Shown piece by piece: positions 59,427 to 64,000 of a stretch of 64,000 bases of DNA (within the stretch, counting starts at the first letter, position 1; the number at the start of each line of letters is the position of its first letter). Under the pieces are notes generated by a model, which was not told the origin of the DNA, did not search any database, and worked only from the letters and a program-made list of their open reading frames with translations. This DNA is from Thermomicrobiales bacterium. GTDB taxonomy: Bacteria; Chloroflexota; Chloroflexia; Thermomicrobiales; CFX8. Both the position numbers and the translations under genes were made by a program. The DNA lies in assembly GCA_035513175.1 (NCBI GenBank), contig DATKCN010000250.1:2468-66467 (forward strand), in the 5' to 3' direction.

Positions 59427-60890
59427 TCAGCCAGTCCGCGCCATCATGCCGGTCCAGGATAGCCGCCGCAACACCGACTGCGCCGCGAAGTGCCCGCACA
59501 GCCCATGCACGCCCCCGCCCGGGGGAGTCGACGACGAGCAGAGATAGAGGCGGCGGTTCGGGGTCGAGTACGGATCGAATCGTGGGGCAGGGCGGGTGAA
59601 GACCTGGCGAAGGTCCTGCAGGCCGCCGTTGATGTCACCGCCGATGTAGTTGGCATTGTAGCGCTCCATCTCGACGGCATTCATCGCCGCGCGCGCCAGG
59701 ATGAGGTCTCGGAAGCCGGGCGCGAAGCGTTCGATCTGAGCCTCGATGCGCTCGGTCATGTCGACTGTCGAGCCGGACGGGACGTGGCAGTAGCCCCACA
59801 ACGTGTGCTGCCCGTCGGGCGCGCGCGACGGGTCGGCGACGCATGGTTGCGACAGCAGCACGAACGGCCGCTCAGGATGCTCGCCACGGGCGACGGCGGC
59901 CTCCGCGGCGGAGATCTCTGCCAGCGTCCCACCAGCATGAACGGTCCCGGCGCGCGCGCACTCCGTGGCCGTCCACGGCACGGCGCCGGACAGTGCCCAG
60001 TCGACCTTGAACGATCCGGGGCCGTAGCGAAAGCGCCTCAGCTGCGCTCGATACCAGCCGGGCAGCTCGTCCCCGGCCATCTCGACAAGCTGACGCGGGC
60101 CCGTGTCGAACAGCACCGCGCGCGAGGTCGGCAGCTCGGCCAGGCTCGTTACCCGCCGGTTGGTTTCAATCTCTCCGCCCAGCTCCAGCAGGTACGCTGC
60201 CAGCGCGTTTGCGATCGACTGACTGCCGCCGCGAGCCACCGGCCAGCCTGCCACGTGCGCGGAAATGCCCAGGATGAGCGCGACCGCGGCGGTCCCAGGT
60301 CGTTCCAGCGGCAACATCGAGTGGCCGGCGATTCCCGCGACGAGCGCGCGTGCCTGCTCCGTCCGGAAGCGGCTCCGTGCCAATCCCGACGCGGATCGCA
60401 ACGCGCTCATTCCGAAGCGGGATAGCGCCAGCGGGTGACGGGGAATGCGAAAGGGCCCCAGGACGCTCTCGACCAGTCGCTCGACGTCGTCTGCCAGCGG
60501 CTGCATCAGTGAACGATATGCTTCCCCGTCAGGCCCGAGCCATTCGACCGTGGTTTCCAGCGAGCGTTCCAGCACGGCCGCGATCCCGCCATCGAGGGGA
60601 TGCGCCAGCGGCGTCGGCGGATGCGCCCACTCCAGCCCGTGCCGCTGCAAGGGCATGTTTCGAAATGCCGGGGAGAGAACGGCCAGTGGATGTACGGCCG
60701 AACAGATGTCGTGTGTGAAGCCGGGCAGCGTCAGCGCGGCCGATCGCGTTCCGCCTCCGACCGTAGAGGCGGCCTCCAGCGCCAGCACCGACCAACCCGT
60801 CTGGGCCAGCGTGACCGCCGCGGCCAGGCCGTTCGGCCCCGTCCCCACGACGACGGCGTCATAGGCGATCCCAGAATCGCGACGACCCAC
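59427..60890 (-). CDS. Phytoene-desaturase-family (CrtI-like) FAD/NAD(P)-dependent oxidoreductase
   Basis: ORF 59427..61205. I prefer GTG 60890 (GGAGAGAGG 8 nt upstream): VGRRDSGIAYDAVVVGTGPNGLAAAVTLAQTGWSVLALEAASTVGGG (dinucleotide fold). ATG 61004 is an alternative start. Confidence 0.75.
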   Translation of the reverse strand: MGRRDSGIAYDAVVVGTGPNGLAAAVTLAQTGWSVLALEAASTVGGGTRSAALTLPGFTHDICSAVHPLAVLSPAFRNMPLQRHGLEWAHPPTPLAHPLDGGIAAVLERSLETTVEWLGPDGEAYRSLMQPLADDVERLVESVLGPFRIPRHPLALSRFGMSALRSASGLARSRFRTEQARALVAGIAGHSMLPLERPGTAAVALILGISAHVAGWPVARGGSQSIANALAAYLLELGGEIETNRRVTSLAELPTSRAVLFDTGPRQLVEMAGDELPGWYRAQLRRFRYGPGSFKVDWALSGAVPWTATECARAGTVHAGGTLAEISAAEAAVARGEHPERPFVLLSQPCVADPSRAPDGQHTLWGYCHVPSGSTVDMTERIEAQIERFAPGFRDLILARAAMNAVEMERYNANYIGGDINGGLQDLRQVFTRPAPRFDPYSTPNRRLYLCSSSTPPGGGVHGLCGHFAAQSVLRRLSWTGMMARTG

Positions 60891-61065
60891 GCGCTCTGCC
60901 TCTCTCCGCTTTGACGGCCTACGTGGTTCTTCGAATGCTCCGGCCGGGCCCGGCGCGGACGAATGCGAGGTTTGCTCGATGCGCCTGCCGCGCGCAGGCC
61001 TCATGATAGAGGCAGACAGCGACCGGGCAAGGCGCCACGGTCCGAGAATTGACAGGAGCAACCTG

Positions 61066-61173
61066 ATGGATGCCGTATACATCATCAAGCGGATGGCCGA
61101 GATACACGTGTCTACCCTCCGCGCGCAGCGCTGCCCATCGTGCAGCTTCTTTGAGCGCGTCAAGCGATTGTAG
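61066..61173 (+). CDS. Candidate small protein (35 aa) with CPSC motif
   Basis: MDAVYIIKRMAEIHVSTLRAQRCPSCSFFERVKRL. AGGAG 7 nt upstream of ATG 61066. About 80% G/C at third positions. It ends 22 nt before the next gene. No family recognised. Confidence 0.35.
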   Translation: MDAVYIIKRMAEIHVSTLRAQRCPSCSFFERVKRL

Positions 61174-61195
61174 GCCCTGGACGCGTGGGAGGAAC

Positions 61196-61579
61196 ATGCC
61201 GACACTATCCGAACGAGCGAGCAGCGCGCGCGTCTGCTACCTGGCCACGACTGGCCGGGTGACCGGGAGGCCGCACGAGATCGAAATCTGGTTCGCGACC
61301 GAACCGGACACGGTGAGCACCATCTACCTGCTGTCGGGTGGGCGGCATCGGGCGGATTGGGTGCGGAACATTCGCCACGATCCGGCCGTGTTCGTTCGCG
61401 CCGGCGATGGGCGTTACCGGGGAACTGCCCGCATCCTCACGCCCGACGACGCCGCCGACCGCCGGGCGCGGGAGATCGTCGCGGCCAACTACCAGGGCTG
61501 GCAGCCGGGCCAGCCATTCAGCCAGTGGGCGCGTGATTCGCTGGCCATCGCGATCGAGCTGGAAGGACCACTGAAGTGA
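61196..61579 (+). CDS. Deazaflavin(F420)-dependent nitroreductase-like split-barrel protein (DUF385/PPOX-like)
   Basis: ORF trimmed to ATG 61196 (GGGAGGA upstream). YLATTGRVTGRPHEIEIWF...LLSGGRHRADWVRNIRHDPAV resembles the family core as I recall it. Confidence 0.65.
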   Translation: MPTLSERASSARVCYLATTGRVTGRPHEIEIWFATEPDTVSTIYLLSGGRHRADWVRNIRHDPAVFVRAGDGRYRGTARILTPDDAADRRAREIVAANYQGWQPGQPFSQWARDSLAIAIELEGPLK

Positions 61580-62061
61580 TCTCCGCGCCATTCGGGCTTG
61601 GGCCCGGCACGATCTTCGAGACCCACGTGCATGTCACCAACCTCGCCCGGGCCATCAGCTTCTACGGTGACCGGCTTGGCCTGAGGCTCGCCTATCATCT
61701 TCAAGAGCGCAACGTCGCGTTCTTCTGGATTGGTGGCGCCGGCGACGCGATGCTCGGTGTCTGGGAGATTCCCGAGCGCGACTGGCGCGCGTCCCACTTC
61801 GCCTTTGCCATCACGCCGGACGAGATCGGCGGGGCGTTCGACCGCCTGCGCGCCGCGGGCATCGACGCGCTCGATTTCTGGGGCAACCCGACGACCGACC
61901 CGACCGTTCATGCATGGATGCCCGCCTGCGGCATCTTCTTTCGCGATCCCGACGGCAACAGCCTTGAGCTGCTGGCGATGCTGCCGGGCGCAGGCCGTCC
62001 CGAGCTGGGAGTCGTGCCATTAAGCGTCTGGAACAAGCGCGCGGCGGCCGCCGTTCGTTGA
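61576..62061 (+). CDS. VOC-family (glyoxalase/bleomycin resistance/dioxygenase) protein
   Basis: 161 aa. GTG start overlaps the previous stop (GTGA). THVHVTNLARAISFYGDRLGL...FRDPDGNSLELL. Confidence 0.8.
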   Translation: MISAPFGLGPGTIFETHVHVTNLARAISFYGDRLGLRLAYHLQERNVAFFWIGGAGDAMLGVWEIPERDWRASHFAFAITPDEIGGAFDRLRAAGIDALDFWGNPTTDPTVHAWMPACGIFFRDPDGNSLELLAMLPGAGRPELGVVPLSVWNKRAAAAVR

Positions 62062-62139
62062 GTGACCCGCAACGCGATACGATGCGCTCCACGGACATCC
62101 GGGTCCGGCGGCGCCATCACGCGCTCAGGGAGGAAACGC

Positions 62140-62958
62140 ATGAGCATGTGGATCGATCGCTATCTCGTCCCGCCTGACAGGCGCGTCGCGCTGGACGAGA
62201 TCGATCCAGACGACGCCAAGTCGCTGTCAAAGAAGCAGCGCACCACAATCGAGACGGACATGCAGGATGACCTTGCCGAACTTCGCGCGTTGCAGGAACG
62301 GCTGTTCGCCGAAAAAACGCGGGCGTTGCTTATCGTCCTGCTGGCCATCGACTGCGGCGGCAAGGACTCCACCGTCGACCGCATCTTCAGCGGCATCAAT
62401 CCCCAATCCTGCGTCGTCACCGGTTTTGGCGTGCCCAGCGACGAGGAGCGCGCCCATGACTTCCTCTGGCGCATCCATCACCGCGTGCCGCGCGCTGGCA
62501 TGATCGGCATCTTCAACCGCTCGCACTACGAGGATGTGACCGTCACGAGGGTGAACGGCTCGATCGACCGTGACACCGGGCTCGACCGGTGTCGCCACAT
62601 CCGGGCCTTCGAGCGCCTACTGCACGATCGCGGGACGCACGTGCTGAAGTTCCACCTTCGAATCTCCAGGAAAGAGCAGGCCGACAGGCTGCGCGACCGG
62701 CTAGAGGATCCAACCAAGCACTGGAAGTTCAACCCGAGCGATCTGCAGGGGCGGGAGCGCTGGGATGAGCATCAGGCCGCGTTCGAGGATGCCGTGAACG
62801 CGACATCGACGGACGACGCGCCCTGGCACATCGTTCCGGCTAACAGCAAGTGGTATCGGGACGCCATCGTGACGCGCGCCATCGTCGAGCGGCTGCGGGC
62901 GATGGATCCGCGCTACCCACCGCCGGTTGAGGGCCTCGAGCGCTACCGTGTCGAATAG
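62140..62958 (+). CDS. ppk2: Polyphosphate kinase 2 family (polyphosphate:nucleotide phosphotransferase)
   Basis: ORF trimmed to ATG 62140 (AGGGAGGA upstream). LLIVLLAIDCGGKDST (P-loop-like), FLWRIHHRVPRAGMIGIFNRSHYEDV, HWKFNPSDL, and PWHIVPANSKWYRD are PPK2 hallmarks. Confidence 0.85.
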   Translation: MSMWIDRYLVPPDRRVALDEIDPDDAKSLSKKQRTTIETDMQDDLAELRALQERLFAEKTRALLIVLLAIDCGGKDSTVDRIFSGINPQSCVVTGFGVPSDEERAHDFLWRIHHRVPRAGMIGIFNRSHYEDVTVTRVNGSIDRDTGLDRCRHIRAFERLLHDRGTHVLKFHLRISRKEQADRLRDRLEDPTKHWKFNPSDLQGRERWDEHQAAFEDAVNATSTDDAPWHIVPANSKWYRDAIVTRAIVERLRAMDPRYPPPVEGLERYRVE

Positions 62959-63250
62959 TACTCCGGTCGGCGATGATGAACGAGACAACAGGCCGTTTGC
63001 GTCGATCGTTCATCAACCAGACGGGCCGTAACAGCGACCGCAAGGGGGGCGCAGTGTCGCCCGGGCATGCGGATAGTTCGCCGCGTCTGTGGTTGAATTA
63101 TGTGAGCCGTCGGACGATCATCGAAGGCGTCACGACAGGCGGCTGGGCACGCTCGAATCGGACCACGACACGTTTCTGGCGCGCGCCGCGCGGATCGGCG
63201 TGCTCCGGGATCAGTGTTGAAGCGCCTGCCGAACGGAACGCGCTCTAGCG

Positions 63251-64000
63251 AATGCCGGACATATCATTGAGTATTGTGACGAATCAGCGCCGCCCGAACG
63301 CACCATGGCGCATATCGCTGCCCCGCCTGACCGACCAGGCGAATCGAGACGCGGGTCAGGTTCGAGCCGAGCAGCGGCTGGCGGTTGCGCTCGCCCTGGT
63401 CGCGATTCCGGCCTTCCTGCTGCTACTGAGCGGCCTGCTTGCCGGCCGTCCCTCCGCCGAGGGCCGCATCGAGCAGGGCGTCAGTGTCGGCGGCTACCCG
63501 GTCGATGGTGAGAATTGGGACCGCGCGGCGGCGGACCTCGTCGCGCGATTTTCGACGTATATGAACGATCCGATCCTGTTCGAGGTCGATGGACGGCCGG
63601 TCGCGGTCTCGGCGACCGAACTGGGGCTCGCGTTCGACGTTGCCGCGACGTACGAGCGCGCGCTCGGCGTCGGGCGTGGACCGATGCTCACTGCCGGAGC
63701 GGAGCGGCTGCGCGCTCACACGCGTGGTGTGAACGTCGAACCCGTGGTGACGTTCGACCCGGCGAAATTCACCGCGACGCTGGAGGCCATCGGTGGCGAT
63801 GCGATCCACCCGCCGGTCGACGCGACATTCTACTGGACCGGCACGAGCCTGCTGATCGCTCCCGCCTCGGACGGCATGGCGATTGACGCCGACGCCGCGG
63901 CGCGCGCGCTCAAGCAGGCCGTACAACAGCTAAGCCACGGCCCTATCGTCGTGCCGTACGTGACCGTGAAACCCGCAGTCTCGACCGCGCATCTTGAAGC
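63251..64000 (+). CDS. VanW/YoaR-like protein, N-terminal 250 codons; 3' end beyond the right window edge
   Basis: Absent from the ORF track (no stop in-window). ATG 63251 directly follows an in-frame TAG, and the frame is open to 64000. TM segment LAVALALVAIPAFLLLLSGLL, then GVSVGGYPVDGENWDRAAADLVARF...ELGLAFDVAATYERALGVGRG, resembling the N-terminal region of VanW-family proteins. Confidence 0.6.

Noticed and set aside
1-64000. Search for rRNA, tRNA, tmRNA, transposases, integrases, prophage or plasmid genes.
   Set aside because: I recognised none. No cloverleaf-like segments stood out in the intergenic gaps, and no ORF shows DDE or tyrosine/serine recombinase motifs. A tRNAscan/Infernal run would be needed to be certain.

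Overview
This is a GC-rich bacterial chromosomal window, roughly two-thirds G+C by eye. The gene style (Tat-signal lipoproteins, a DUF3105-like protein, a deazaflavin-type split-barrel protein, LOG, PPK2, secreted S8 proteases, GGAGG-type Shine-Dalgarno sites, frequent GTG/TTG starts, 4-nt start/stop overlaps) suggests Chloroflexota (Thermomicrobia-like) or another high-GC Terrabacteria lineage. I cannot name the organism from sequence alone. I support about 47 protein-coding genes. Two are cut by the window edges and are therefore missing from the ORF track. There are also 3 pseudogenes or gene remnants. I found no rRNA, tRNA, CRISPR array, transposase or integrase. Most long ORFs lying opposite real genes are GC-driven antisense shadows. 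The content is mainly housekeeping and metabolic: glnA, purD, a serA-type dehydrogenase, a cold-shock protein next to a desaturase, a peptide-type ABC importer, MFS/EamA transporters, and a 1971-aa PAS/GAF GGDEF-EAL sensor. The main observations are these. (1) An AhpD/CMD-family gene is split in two by the ORF track at an in-frame TGA that sits on the second Cys of the CxxC redox motif and is followed by a SECIS-like hairpin, making it a candidate selenoprotein. (2) That gene is translationally coupled to a cassette of a Cas4-like Fe-S PD-(D/E)XK nuclease, an SbcD-like phosphoesterase and a 1175-aa membrane-anchored SbcC/YhaN-like ATPase. (3) A family of 7-nt-periodic GCGG/CCGC-core tandem arrays occurs as inverted pairs that abut or overlap stop codons at three loci; one pair delimits a ~495-bp repeat-filled intergenic element. 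GTAGGGGC-type REP-like hairpins are also present. (4) There are unusual domain fusions: HAD phosphatase fused to PGDH, a HEPN-like domain fused to a CBS pair, and two S8 proteases sharing an unassigned ~240-aa C-terminal module. (5) There is local gene decay: a MocR-type regulator, a GT2 glycosyltransferase and a GMC oxidoreductase remnant. All family assignments come from motifs read by eye and recalled family signatures. No database search was run. Coordinates of small non-coding features may be off by 1-2 nt.
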